DNA of 64,000 nucleotides from Eledone cirrhosa (lineage: Eukaryota). Shown one piece after another: positions 28,901-43,900 of the stretch (positions are counted from its first letter, which is position 1; the number at the start of each line of letters is the position of its first letter). A model generated the notes under the pieces. The model saw nothing but the letters and a program-made list of their open reading frames with translations, had not been told where the DNA came from and ran no database searches. Location of the stretch: assembly GCA_964016885.1 (NCBI GenBank), contig OZ024742.1, forward strand, positions 40,114,001-40,178,000. The letters are read 5' to 3'. The position numbers and the translations under genes were made by a program.

Positions 28901-31900
28901 GTCATCACTAAAACTCTAGATCATAGGTCATACTGATCTGAGCTGATCTGAGGTTAAATATAGCCATGGTCATTACTAAAACTCTAGATCATAGCTCATA
29001 TTGATCAGAGCTGATCTGAGGTTAAATATAGCCATGGTCATGACCAGAACTCTAGATCATAGATCATACTGATCAGAGCTGATCTGATGTTAAATATAGA
29101 CATGGTCATCACTAAAACTCTAGATCATAGGTCATACTGATCTGAGCTGATCTGAGGTTAAATATAGCCATGGTCATTACTAAAACTCTAGATCATAGGT
29201 CATAATGATCAAAGCTGATCTGAGGTTAAATATAGCCATGGCCATGACTAGAACTCTAGATCATAGGTCATACTGATCAGAGCTGATCTGAGGTTAAATA
29301 TAGCCATGGTCTTGACCAGAACTCTAGATCATAGGTCATCCTGATCAGAACTGATCTGAGGTTAAATATAGCCATGGTCATGACTAAAATTCTAGATCAT
29401 AGGTTATATTGATCAGAGCTGATCTGAGGTTAAATATAGTCATGGTCATGACTAAAACTCTAGATTATAGGTCATACTGATCAGAGCTGATCTGAGGTTA
29501 AATATAGCCATGGTCATGACTAGAACTCTAGATCATAGGTCATACTGATCTGAGGTTAAATATAGTCATGGTCATGACTAAAACTCTAGATCATAGGTCA
29601 TATTTATCAGAGCTGATCTGGGGTTAAATATAGCCATGGTCATGACCAGAACTGTAGATCATAGGTCATATTGATCAGAGCTGATCTGAGGTTAAATATA
29701 GCCATGGTCATGACTAAAATTCTAGATCATAGGTCATATTGATCAGAGCTGATCTGAGGTTAAATATAGTCATGGTCATGACTAAAACTCTAGATCATAG
29801 GTCATATTGATCAGAGCTGATCTGAGGTTAAATATAGCCATGGTCATGACCAGGAACTCTAGATCATAGGTCATTCTGATCAGAGTTGATCTGAGGTTAA
29901 ATATAGCCATGGTCATGACTAAAACTCTAGATCATAGGTCATATTGATCAGAGCTGATCTGAGGTTAAATATAGCCATGGTCATGCCTAAAACTCTAGAT
30001 CATAGGTCATATTGATCAGAGCTGATCTGAGGTTAAATATAGCCATGGTCATGACCATAACTCTAGATCATAGGTCATATTGATCAGAGCTGATCTGAGG
30101 TTAAATATAGCCATGATCATGACTAGGACTCTAGATCATAGGTTATATTGATCAGAGCTGATCTGAGGTTAAATATAGCCATGGTCATGACTAAAACTCT
30201 AGATTATAGGTCATATTGATCAGAGCTGATCTGAGGTTAAATATAGCCATGGTCATGACTAAAACTCTAGATTATAGGTCATATTGATCAGAGCTGATCT
30301 GAGGTTAAATATAGTCATGGTCATGACCAGGTCTCTGGATCATAGGTCATATTGATCAGAGCTGATCTGAGGTTAAATATAGCCATGGTCATGACTAGAA
30401 CTCTAGATAATAGGTCATACTGATCAGAGCTGATCTGAGGTTAAATATAGCCATGGTCATGACTAAAACTCTAGATAATAGGTCATACTGATCAGAGCTG
30501 ATCTGAGGTTAAATATAGCCATGGTCATGACTAGAACTCTAAATCATAGGTCATACTGATCAGAGCTGATCTGAGGTTAAATATAGCCATGGTCATGATT
30601 AGAACTCTAGATCATAGGTCATACTGATCAGAGCTGATCTGAGGTTAATTATAGCCATGGTCATGATTAGAACTCTAGATCATAGGTCATACTGATCAGA
30701 GCTGATCTGAGGTTAATTATAGCCATGGTCATGACTAAAACTCTAGATCATAGGTCATATTGATCAGAGCTGATCTGAGGTTAAATATAGCCATGGTCAT
30801 GACTAGAACTCTAGATCCTAGGTCATACTGATCTGAGCTGATCTGAGATTAAATATAGCCATGGTCATTACTAAAACTCTAGATCATAGCTCATATTGAT
30901 CAGAGCTGATCTGAGGTTAAATATAGCCATGGTCATGACCAGAACTCTAGATCATAGGTCATACTGATCAGAGCTGATCTGAGGTTAAATATAGACATGG
31001 TCATCACTAAAACTCTAGATCATAGGTCATACTGATCTGAGCTGATCTGAGGTTAAATATAGCCATGGTCATTACTAAAACTCTAGATCATAGGTCATAT
31101 TGATCAGAGCTGATCTGAGGTTAAATATAGTCATGGTCATGACCAGAACTCTAGATCATAGGTCATCCTGATCAGAACTGATCTGAGGTTAAATATAGCC
31201 ATGGTCATGACTAAAATTCTAGATCATAGGTTATATTGATCAGAGCTGATCTGAGGTTAAATATAGTCATGGTCATGACTAAAACTCTAGATCATAGCTC
31301 ATATTGATCAGAGCTGATCTGAGGTTAAATATAGCCATGGTCATGACTAGAACTCTAGATAATAGGTCATACTGATCAGAGCTGATCTGAGGTTAAATAT
31401 AGCCATGGTCATGACTAGAACTCTAAATCATAGGTCATACTGATCAGAGCTGATCTGAGGTTAAATATAGCCATGGTCATGATTAGAACTCTAGATCATA
31501 GGTCATACTGATCAGAGCTGATCTGAGGTTAATTATAGCCATGGTCATGACTAAAACTCTAGATCATAGGTCATATTGATCAGAGCTGATCTGAGGTTAA
31601 ATATAATCATGGTCATGACTAAAACTCTAGATCATAGGTCATATTGATCAGAGCTGATCTGGGGTTAAATATAGCCATGGTAATGACCAGAACTCTAGAT
31701 AATAGGTCATACTGATCAGAGCTAATCTGAGGTTAAATATAGCCATGGTCATGACTAAAACTCTAGATCATAGGTCATATTGATCAGAGCTGATCTGAGG
31801 TTAAATATAGCCATGGTCATGACCAGGAACTCTAGATCATAGGTCATTCTGATCAGAGCTGATCTGAGGTTAAATATAGCCATGGTCATGACTAAAACTC

Positions 31901-34900
31901 TAGATCATAGGTCATATTGATCAGAGCTGATCTGAGGTTAAATATAGCCATGGTCATGACTAAAACTCTAGATCATAGGTCATATTGATCAGAGCTGATC
32001 TGAGGTTAAATATAGCCATGGTCATGACTAGAACTCTAGATCATAGGTCATACTGATCAGAGCTGATCTGAGGTTAAATATAGCCATGGTCATGACTAAA
32101 ACTCTAGATCATAGCTCATATTGATCAGAGCTGATCTGAGGTTAAATATAGCCATGATCATGACTAGAACTCTAGATCATAGGTTATATTGATCAGAGAT
32201 GATCTGAGGTTAAATATAGCCATGGTCATGACTAAAACTCTAGATTATAGGTCATATTGATCAGAGCTGATCTGAGGTTAAATATAGCCATGGTCATGAC
32301 TAAAACTCTAGATTATAGGTCATATTGATCAGAGCTGATCTGAGGTTAAATATAGTCATGGTCATGACCAGGACTCTGGATCATAGGTCATATTGATCAG
32401 AGCTGATCTGAGGTTAAATATAGCCATGGTCATGACTAGAACTCTAGATAATAGGTCATACTGATCAGAGTTGATCTGAGGTTAAATATAGCCATGGTCA
32501 TGACTAGATCTCTAGATCCTAGGTCATACTGATCTGAGCTGATCTGAGATTAAATATAGCCATGGTCATTACTAAAACTCTAGATCATAGCTCATATTGA
32601 TCAGAGCTGATCTGAGGTTAAATATAGCCATGGTCATGACCAGAACTCTAGATCATAGGTCATACTGATCAGAGCTGATCTGAGGTTAAATATAGACATG
32701 GTCATCACTAAAACTCTAGATCATAGGTCATACTGATCTGAGCTGATCTGAGGTTAAATATAGCCATGGTCATTACTAAAACTCTAGATCATAGCTCATA
32801 TTGATCAGAGCTGATCTGAGGTTAAATATAGTCATGGTCATGACCAGAACTCTAGATCATAGGTCATATTGATCAGAGCTGATCTGAGGTTAAATATAGC
32901 CATGATCATGACTATAACTCTAGATCATAGGTTATATTGATCAGAGATGATCTGAGGTTAAATATAGCCATGGTCATGACTAAAACTCTAGATTATAGGT
33001 CATATTGATCAGAGCTGATCTGAGGTTAAATATAGCCATGGTCATGACTAAAACTCTAGATTATAGGTCATATTGATCAGAGCTGATCTGAGGTTAAATA
33101 TAGTCATGGTCATGACCAGGACTCTGGATCATAGGTCATATTGATCAGAGCTGATCTGAGGTTAAATATAGCCATGGTCATGACTAGAACTCTAGATAAT
33201 AGGTCATACTGATCAGAGCTGATCTGAGGTTAAATATAGCCATGGTCATGACTAGAACTCTAGATCCTAGGTCATACTGATCTGAGCTGATCTGAGATTA
33301 AATATAGCCATGGTCATTACTAAAACTCTAGATCATAGCTCATATTGATCAGAGCTGATCTGAGGTTAAATATAGCCATGGTCATGACCAGAACTCTAGA
33401 TCATAGATCATACTGATCAGAGCTGATCTGATGTTAAATATAGACATGGTCATCACTAAAACTCTAGATCATAGGTCATACTGATCTGAGCTGATCTGAG
33501 GTTAAATATAGCCATGGTCATTACTAAAACTCTAGATCATAGCTCATATTGATCAGAGCTGATCTGAGGTTAAATATAGTCATGGTCATAACCAGAACTC
33601 TAGATCATAGGTCATAATGATCAAAGCTGATCTGAGGTTAAATATAGCCATGGCCATGACTAGAACTCTAGATCATAGGTCATACTGATCAGAGCTGATC
33701 TGAGGTTAAATATAGCCATGGTCTTGACCAGAACTCTAGATCATAGGTCATCCTGATCAGAACTGATCTGAGGTTAAATATAGCCATGGTCATGACTAAA
33801 ATTCTAGATCATAGGTTATATTGATCAGAGCTGATCTGAGGTTAAATATAGTCATGGTCATGACTAAAACTCTAGATTATAGGTCATACTGATCAGAGCT
33901 GATCTGAGGTTAAATATAGCCATGGTCATGACTAGAACTCTAGATCATAGGTCATACTGATCTGAGGTTAAATATAGTCATGGTCATGACTAAAACTCTA
34001 GATCATAGGTCATATTTATCAGAGCTGATCTGGGGTTAAATATAGCCATGGTCATGACCAGAACTGTAGATCATAGGTCATATTGATCAGAGCTGATCTG
34101 AGGTTAAATATAGCCATGGTCATGACTAAAATTCTAGATCATAGGTCATATTGATCAGAGCTGATCTGAGGTTAAATATAGTCATGGTCATGACTAAAAC
34201 TCTAGATCATAGGTCATATTGATCAGAGCTGATCTGAGGTTAAATATAGCCATGGTCATGACTAAAACTCTAGATCTTAGGTCATACTGATCAGAGCTGA
34301 TCTGAGGTTAAATATAGCCATGGTCATGACTAAAACTCTAGATCATAGGTCATATTGATCAGAGCTGATCTGAGGTTAAATATAGCCATGGTCATGCCTA
34401 AAACTCTAGATCATAGGTCATATTAATCAGAGCTGATCTGAGGTTAAATATAGACATGGTCATGACTAAAACTCTAGATTATTGGTCATATTGATCAGAG
34501 CTGATCTGAGGTTAAATATAGTCATGGTCATGACCAGAACTCTAGATCATAGGTCATATTGATCAGAGCTGATCTGAGGTTAAATATAATCATGGTCATG
34601 ACCAGGACTCTAGATCATAGGTCATATTTATCAGAGCTGATCTGAGGTTAAATATAGCCATGGTCATGACTAGAACTCTAGATAATAGGTCATACTGATC
34701 TGAGCTGATCTGAGGTTAAATATAGCCATGGTCATTACTAAAACTCTAGATCATAGCTCATATTGATCAGAGCTGATCTGAGGTTAAATATAGTCATGGT
34801 CATGACCAGAACTCTAGATCATAGGTCATAATGATCAAAGCTGATCTGAGGTTAAATATAGCCATGGCCATGACTAGAACTCTAGATCATAGGTCATACT

Positions 34901-37900
34901 GATCAGAGCTGATCTGAGGTTAAATATAGCCATGGTCATGACCAGAACTCTAGATCATAGGTCATCCTGATCAGAACTGATCTGAGGTTAAATATAGCCA
35001 CGGTCATGACTAAAATTCTAGATCATAGGTTATATTGATCAGAGCTGATCTGAGGTTAAATATAGTCATGGTCATGACTAAAACTCTAGATTATAGGTCA
35101 TACTGATCAGAGCTGATCTGAGGTTAAATATAGCCATGGTCATGACTAGAACTCTAGATCATAGGTCATACTGATCTGAGGTTAAATATAGTCATGGTCA
35201 TGACTAAAATCTAGATCATAGGTCATATTTATCAGAGCTGATCTGGGGTTAAATATAGCCATGGTCATGACCAGAACTGTAGATCATAGGTCATATTGAT
35301 CAGAGCTGATCTGAGGTTAAATATAGCCATGGTCATGACTAAAACTCTAGATCATAGGTCATATTGATCAGAGCTGATCTGAGGTTAAATATAGCCATGG
35401 TCATGACCAGGAACTCTAGATCATAGGTCATTCTGATCAGAGCTGATCTGAGGTTAAATATAGCCATGGTCATGACTAAAACTCTAGATCATAGGTCATA
35501 TTGATCAGAGCTGATCTGAGGTTAAATATAGCCATGGTCATGACTAAAACTCTAGATCATAGGTCATATTGATCAGAGCTGATCTGAGGTTAAATATAGC
35601 CATGGTCATGACTAGAACTCTAGATCATAGGTCATACTGATCAGAGCTGATCTGAGGTTAAATATAGCCATGGTCATGACTAAAACTCTAGATCATAGCT
35701 CATATTGATCAGAGCTGATCTGAGGTTAAATATAGCCATGATCATGACTAGAACTCTAGATCATAGGTTATATTGATCAGAGATGATCTGAGGTTAAATA
35801 TAGCCATGGTCATGACTAAAACTCTAGATTATAGGTCATATTGATCAGAGCTGATCTGAGGTTAAATATAGCCATGGTCATGACTAAAACTCTAGATTAT
35901 AGGTCATATTGATCAGAGCTGATCTGAGGTTAAATATAGTCATGGTCATGACCAGGACTCTGGATCATAGGTCATATTGATCAGAGCTGATCTGAGGTTA
36001 AATATAGCCATGGTCATGACTAGAACTCTAGATAATAGGTCATACTGATCAGAGTTGATCTGAGGTTAAATATAGCCATGGTCATGACTAGATCTCTAGA
36101 TCCTAGGTCATACTGATCTGAGCTGATCTGAGATTAAATATAGCCATGGTCATTACTAAAACTCTAGATCATAGCTCATATTGATCAGAGCTGATCTGAG
36201 GTTAAATATAGCCATGGTCATGACCAGAACTCTAGATCATAGGTCATACTGATCAGAGCTGATCTGAGGTTAAATATAGACATGGTCATCACTAAAACTC
36301 TAGATCATAGGTCATACTGATCTGAGCTGATCTGAGGTTAAATATAGCCATGGTCATTACTAAAACTCTAGATCATAGCTCATATTGATCAGAGCTGATC
36401 TGAGGTTAAATATAGTCATGGTCATGACCAGAACTCTAGATCATAGGTCATATTGATCAGAGCTGATCTGAGGTTAAATATAGCCATGATCATGACTATA
36501 ACTCTAGATCATAGGTTATATTGATCAGAGATGATCTGAGGTTAAATATAGCCATGGTCATGACTAAAACTCTAGATTATAGGTCATATTGATCAGAGCT
36601 GATCTGAGGTTAAATATAGCCATGGTCATGACTAAAACTCTAGATTATAGGTCATATTGATCAGAGCTGATCTGAGGTTAAATATAGTCATGGTCATGAC
36701 CAGGACTCTGGATCATAGGTCATATTGATCAGAGCTGATCTGAGGTTAAATATAGCCATGGTCATGACTAGAACTCTAGATAATAGGTCATACTGATCAG
36801 AGCTGATCTGAGGTTAAATATAGCCATGGTCATGACTAGAACTCTAGATCCTAGGTCATACTGATCTGAGCTGATCTGAGATTAAATATAGCCATGGTCA
36901 TTACTAAAACTCTAGATCATAGCTCATATTGATCAGAGCTGATCTGAGGTTAAATATAGCCATGGTCATGACCAGAACTCTAGATCATAGATCATACTGA
37001 TCAGAGCTGATCTGATGTTAAATATAGACATGGTCATCACTAAAACTCTAGATCATAGGTCATACTGATCTGAGCTGATCTGAGGTTAAATATAGCCATG
37101 GTCATTACTAAAACTCTAGATCATAGCTCATATTGATCAGAGCTGATCTGAGGTTAAATATAGTCATGGTCATAACCAGAACTCTAGATCATAGGTCATA
37201 ATGATCAAAGCTGATCTGAGGTTAAATATAGCCATGGCCATGACTAGAACTCTAGATCATAGGTCATACTGATCAGAGCTGATCTGAGGTTAAATATAGC
37301 CATGGTCTTGACCAGAACTCTAGATCATAGGTCATCCTGATCAGAACTGATCTGAGGTTAAATATAGCCATGGTCATGACTAAAATTCTAGATCATAGGT
37401 TATATTGATCAGAGCTGATCTGAGGTTAAATATAGTCATGGTCATGACTAAAACTCTAGATTATAGGTCATACTGATCAGAGCTGATCTGAGGTTAAATA
37501 TAGCCATGGTCATGACTAGAACTCTAGATCATAGGTCATACTGATCTGAGGTTAAATATAGTCATGGTCATGACTAAAACTCTAGATCATAGGTCATATT
37601 TATCAGAGCTGATCTGGGGTTAAATATAGCCATGGTCATGACCAGAACTGTAGATCATAGGTCATATTGATCAGAGCTGATCTGAGGTTAAATATAGCCA
37701 TGGTCATGACTAAAATTCTAGATCATAGGTCATATTGATCAGAGCTGATCTGAGGTTAAATATAGTCATGGTCATGACTAAAACTCTAGATCATAGGTCA
37801 TATTGATCAGAGCTGATCTGAGGTTAAATATAGCCATGGTCATGACTAAAACTCTAGATCTTAGGTCATACTGATCAGAGCTGATCTGAGGTTAAATATA

Positions 37901-40900
37901 GCCATGGTCATGACTAAAACTCTAGATCATAGGTCATATTGATCAGAGCTGATCTGAGGTTAAATATAGCCATGGTCATGCCTAAAACTCTAGATCATAG
38001 GTCATATTAATCAGAGCTGATCTGAGGTTAAATATAGACATGGTCATGACTAAAACTCTAGATTATTGGTCATATTGATCAGAGCTGATCTGAGGTTAAA
38101 TATAGTCATGGTCATGACCAGAACTCTAGATCATAGGTCATATTGATCAGAGCTGATCTGAGGTTAAATATAATCATGGTCATGACCAGGACTCTAGATC
38201 ATAGGTCATATTTATCAGAGCTGATCTGAGGTTAAATATAGCCATGGTCATGACTAGAACTCTAGATAATAGGTCATACTGATCTGAGCTGATCTGAGGT
38301 TAAATATAGCCATGGTCATTACTAAAACTCTAGATCATAGCTCATATTGATCAGAGCTGATCTGAGGTTAAATATAGTCATGGTCATGACCAGAACTCTA
38401 GATCATAGGTCATAATGATCAAAGCTGATCTGAGGTTAAATATAGCCATGGCCATGACCAGAAATCTAGATTATAGGTCATAATGATCAAAGCTGATCTG
38501 AGGTTAAATAAAGCCATGGCCATGACTAGAACTCTAGATCATAGGTCATACTGATCAGAGCTGATCTGAGGTTAAATATAGCCATGGTCATGACCAGAAC
38601 TCTAGATCATAGGTCATCCTGATCAGAACTGATCTGAGGTTAAATATAGCCATGGTCATGACTAAAATTCTAGATCATAGGTTATATTGATCAGAGCTGA
38701 TCTGAGGTTAAATATAGTCATGGTCATGACCAGAACTCTAGATCATAGGTCATATTGATCAGAGCTGATCTGAGCTTAAATATAACCATGGTCTTGACTA
38801 GAACCCTAGATCATAGGTCACACTGATCAGAGCTGATCTGAGGTTAAATATAGCCATGGTCATGACTAAAACTCTAGATCATAGCTCATATTGATCAAAG
38901 CTGATCTGAGGTTAAATATAGCCATGGTCATGACCAGAAATCTAGATTATAGGTCATATTGATCAGAGCTGATCTGAGGTTAAATATAATCATGGTCATG
39001 ACCAGGACTCTAGATCATAGCTCATATTGATCAGAGCTGATCTGAGGTTAAATATAGTCATGGTCATGACCAGAACTCTAGATCATAGGTCATAATGATC
39101 AAAGCTGATCTGAGGTTAAATATAGCCATGGCCATGACTAGAACTCTAGATCATAGGTCATACTGATCAGAGCTGATCTGAGGTTAAATATAGCCATGGT
39201 CATGACCAGAACTCTATATCATAGGTCATCCTGATCAGAACTGATCTGAGGTTAAATATAGCCATGGTCATGACTAAAATTCTAGATCATAGGTTATATT
39301 GATCAGAGCTGATCTGAGGTTAAATATAGTCATGGTCATGACTAAAACTCTAGATTATAGGTCATACTGATCAGAGCTGATCTGAGGTTAAATATAGCCA
39401 TGGTCATGACTAGAACTCTAGATAATAGGTCATACTGATCAGAGCTGATCTGAGGTTAAATATAGCCATGGTCATGACTAGAACTCTAGATCATAGGTCA
39501 TACTGATCAGAGCTGATCTGAGGTTAAATATAGCCATGGTCATGACTAGAACTCTAGATCATAGGTCATACTGATCTGAGGTTAAATATAGTCATGGTCA
39601 TGACTAAAACTCTAGATCATAGGTCATATTTATCAGAGCTGATCTGGGGTTAAATATAGCCATGGTCATGACCAGAACTGTAGATCATAGGTCATATTGA
39701 TCAGAGCTGATCTGAGGTTAAATATAGCCATGGTCATGACTAAAATTCTAGATCATAGGTCATATTGATCAGAGCTGATCTGAGGTTAAATATAGTCATG
39801 GTCATGACTAAAACTCTAGATCATAGGTCATATTGATCAGAGCTGATCTGAGGTTAAATATAGCCATGGTCATGAATATAACTCTAGATCATAGGTCATA
39901 CTGATCAGAGCTGATCTGAGGTTAAATATAGCCATGGTCATGACTAAAACTCTAGATCATAGGTCATATTGATCAGAGCTGATCTGAGGTTAAATATAGC
40001 CATGGTCATGCCTAAAACTCTAGATCATAGGTCATATTAATCAGAGCTGATCTGAGGTTAAATATAGACATGGTCATGACTAAAACTCTAGATTATTGGT
40101 CATAATGATCAGAGCTGATCTGAGGTTAAATATAGTCATGGTCATGACCAGAACTCTAGATCATAGGTCATATTGATCAGAGCTGATCTGAGCTTAAATA
40201 TAACCATGGTCTTGACTAGAACCCTAGATCATAGGTCATACTGATCAGAGCTGATCTGAGGTTAAATATAGCCATGGTCATGACTAAAACTCTAGATCAT
40301 AGCTCATATTGATCAAAGCTGATCTGAGGTTAAATATAGCCATGGTCATGACCAGAACTCTAGATTATAGGTCATATTGATCAGAGCTGATCTGAGGTTA
40401 AATATAATCATGGTCATGACCAGGACTCTAGATCATAGGTCATATTTATCAGAGCTGATCTGAGGTTAAATATAGCCATGGTCATGACTAGAACTCTAGA
40501 TAATAGGTCATACTGATCTGAGCTGATCTGAGGTTAAATATAGCCATGGTCATTACTAAAACTCTAGATCATAGCTCATATTGATCAGAGCTGATCTGAG
40601 GTTTAATATAGTCATGGTCATGACCAGAACTCTAGATCATAGGTCATAATGATCAAATCTGATCTGAGGTTAAATATAGCCATGGCCATGACTAGAACTC
40701 TAGATCATAGGTCATCCTGATCAGAACTGATCTGAGGTTAAATATAGCCATGGTCATGACTAAAATTCTAGATCATAGGTTATATTGATCAGAGCTGATC
40801 TGAGGTTAAATATAGTCATGGTCATGACTAAAACTCTAGATTATAGGTCATACTGATCAGAGCTGATCTGAGGTTAAATATAGCCATGGTCATGACTAGA

Positions 40901-43900
40901 ACTCTAGATCATAGGTCATACTGATCTGAGGTTAAATATAGTCATGGTCATGACTAAAACTCTAGATCATAGGTCATATTTATCAGAGCTGATCTGGGGT
41001 TAAATATAGCCATGGTCATGACCAGAACTGTAGATCATAGGTCATATTGATCAGAGCTGATCTGAGGTTAAATATAGCCATGGTCATGACTAAAATTCTA
41101 GATCATAGGTCATATTGATCAGAGCTGATCTGAGGTTAAATATAGTCATGGTCATGACTAAAACTCTAGATCATAGGTCATATTGATCAGAGCTGATCTG
41201 AGGTTAAATATAGCCATGGTCATGACTAGAACTCTAGATCATAGGTCATACTGATCAGAGCTGATCTGAGGTTAAATATAGCCATGGTCATGACTAGAAC
41301 TCTAGATCATAGGTCATACTGATCAGAGCTGATCTGAGGTTAAATATAGCCATGGTCATGATTAGAACTCTAGATCATAGGTCATATTGATCAGAGCTGA
41401 TCTGAGGTTAAATATAGTCATGGTCATGACTAAAACTCTAGATCATAGGTCATACTGATCAGAGCTGATCTGAGGTTAAATATAGCCATGGTCATGACTA
41501 AAACTCTAGATCATAGGTCATATTGATCAGAGCTGATCTGAGGTTAAATATAGCCATGGTCATGCCTAAAACTCTAGATCATAGGTCATATTAATCAGAG
41601 CTGATCTGAGGTTAAATATAGACATGGTCATGACTAAAACTCTAGATTATTGGTCATATTGATCAGAGCTGATCTGAGGTTAAATATAGTCATGGTCATG
41701 ACCAGAACTCTAGATCATAGGTCATATTGATCAGAGCTGATCTGAGCTTAAATATAACCATGGTCTTGACTAGAACCCTAGATCATAGGTCATACTGATC
41801 AGAGCTGATCTGAGGTTAAATATAGCCATGGTCATGACTAAAACTCTAGATCATAGCTCATATTGATCAAAGCTGATCTGAGGTTAAATATAGCCATGGT
41901 CATGACCAGAACTCTAGATTATAGGTCATATTGATCAGAGCTGATCTGAGGTTAAATATAATCATGGTCATGACCAGGACTCTAGATCATAGGTCATATT
42001 TATCAGAGCTGATCTGAGGTTAAATATAGCCATGGTCATGACTAGAACTCTAGATAATAGGTCATACTGATCAGAGCTGATCTGAGGTTAAATATAGCCA
42101 TGGTCATGACTAGAACTCTAGATCATAGGTCATACTGATCTAAGCTGATATGAGGTTAAATATAGCCATGGTCATGACTAAAACTCTAGATCATAGGTCA
42201 TATTAATCAGAGCTGATCTGAGGTTAAATATAGCCATGGTCATGACCAGAACTCTAGATTATAGGTCATATTGATCAGAGCTGATCTGAGGTTAAATATA
42301 GTGATGGTCATGACCAGGACTCTAGATCATAGGTCATATTGATCAGAGCTGATCTGAGGTTAAATATAGCCATGGTCATGACTAGAACTCTAGATAATCG
42401 GTCATACTGATCAGAGCTGATCTGAGGTTAAATATAGCCATGGTCATGACTAGAACTCTAGATCATAGGTCATACTGATCTGAGCTGATATGAGGTTAAA
42501 TATAGCCATGGTCATGACTAAAAACTCTAGATCATAGGTCATATTGATCAGAGCTGATCTGAGGTTAAATATAGCCATGGTCATGACTAGAACTCTAGAT
42601 AATAGGTCATACTGATCAGAGCTGATCTGAGGTTAAATATAGCCATGGTCATGACTAGAACTCTAGATCATAGGTCATACTGATCAGAGCTGATCTGAGG
42701 TTAAATATAGCCATGGTCATGACTAGAACTCTAGATAATAGGTCATACTGATCAGAGCTGATCTGAGGTTAAATATAGCCATGGTCATGACTAGAACTCT
42801 AGATCATAGGTCATACTGATCAGAGCTGATCTGAGGTTAAATATAGCCATGGTCATGACTAGAACTCTAGATCATAGGTCATACTGATCAGAGCTGATCT
42901 GAGGTTAAATATAGCCATGGTCATGATTAGAACTCTAGATCATAGGTCATATTGATCAGAGCTGATCTGAGGTTAAATATAGTCATGGTCATGACTAAAA
43001 CTCTAGATCATAGGTCATATTGATCAGAGCTGATCTGGGGTTAAATATAGCCATGGTAATCACCAGAACTCTAGATAATAGGTCATACTGATCAGAGCTG
43101 ATCTGAGGTTAAATATAGCCATGGTCATGACTAAAACTCTAGATCATAGGTCATACTGATCAGAGCTTATCTGAGGTTAAATGTAGTCATGGTCATGACT
43201 AAAACTCTAGATCATAGGTCATATTGATCAAAGCTGATCTGGGATTAAATATAGCCATGGTCATGACTAGAACGCTAGATTATAGGTCATATTGTTCAGA
43301 GCTGATCTGAGGTTAAATATAGCCATGGTCATGATTAAAACTCTAGATCATAGTTCATATTGATCAGAGCTGATCTGAGGTTAAATATAGCCATGGTCAT
43401 GACTAGAACTCTAGATCATAGGTCATATTGATCAGAACTGATCTGAGGTTAAATATAGCCATGCTCATGACTAGAACTCTAGATTATAGGTCATATTGAT
43501 CACAGCTGATCTGAGGTTAAATATAGCCATGGTCATGATTAAAACTCTAGATCATAGGTCATATTGAACAGAACTGATCTGAGGTTAAATATAGCCATGG
43601 TTATGACTAGAACTCTAGATAATAGGTCATACTGATCAGAGCTGATCTGAGGTTAAATATAGCCATGGTCATGACTAGAACTCTAGATCATAGGTCATAC
43701 TGATCAGAGCTGATCTGAGGTTAAATATAGCCATGGTCATGACTAGAACTCTAGATCATAGGTCATACTGATTAGAGCTGATCTGAGGTTAAATATAGCC
43801 ATGGTCATGATTAGAACTCTAGATCATAGGTCATACTGATCAGAGCTGATCTGAGGTTAAATATAGCCATGGTCATGACTAAAACTCTAGATCATAGGTC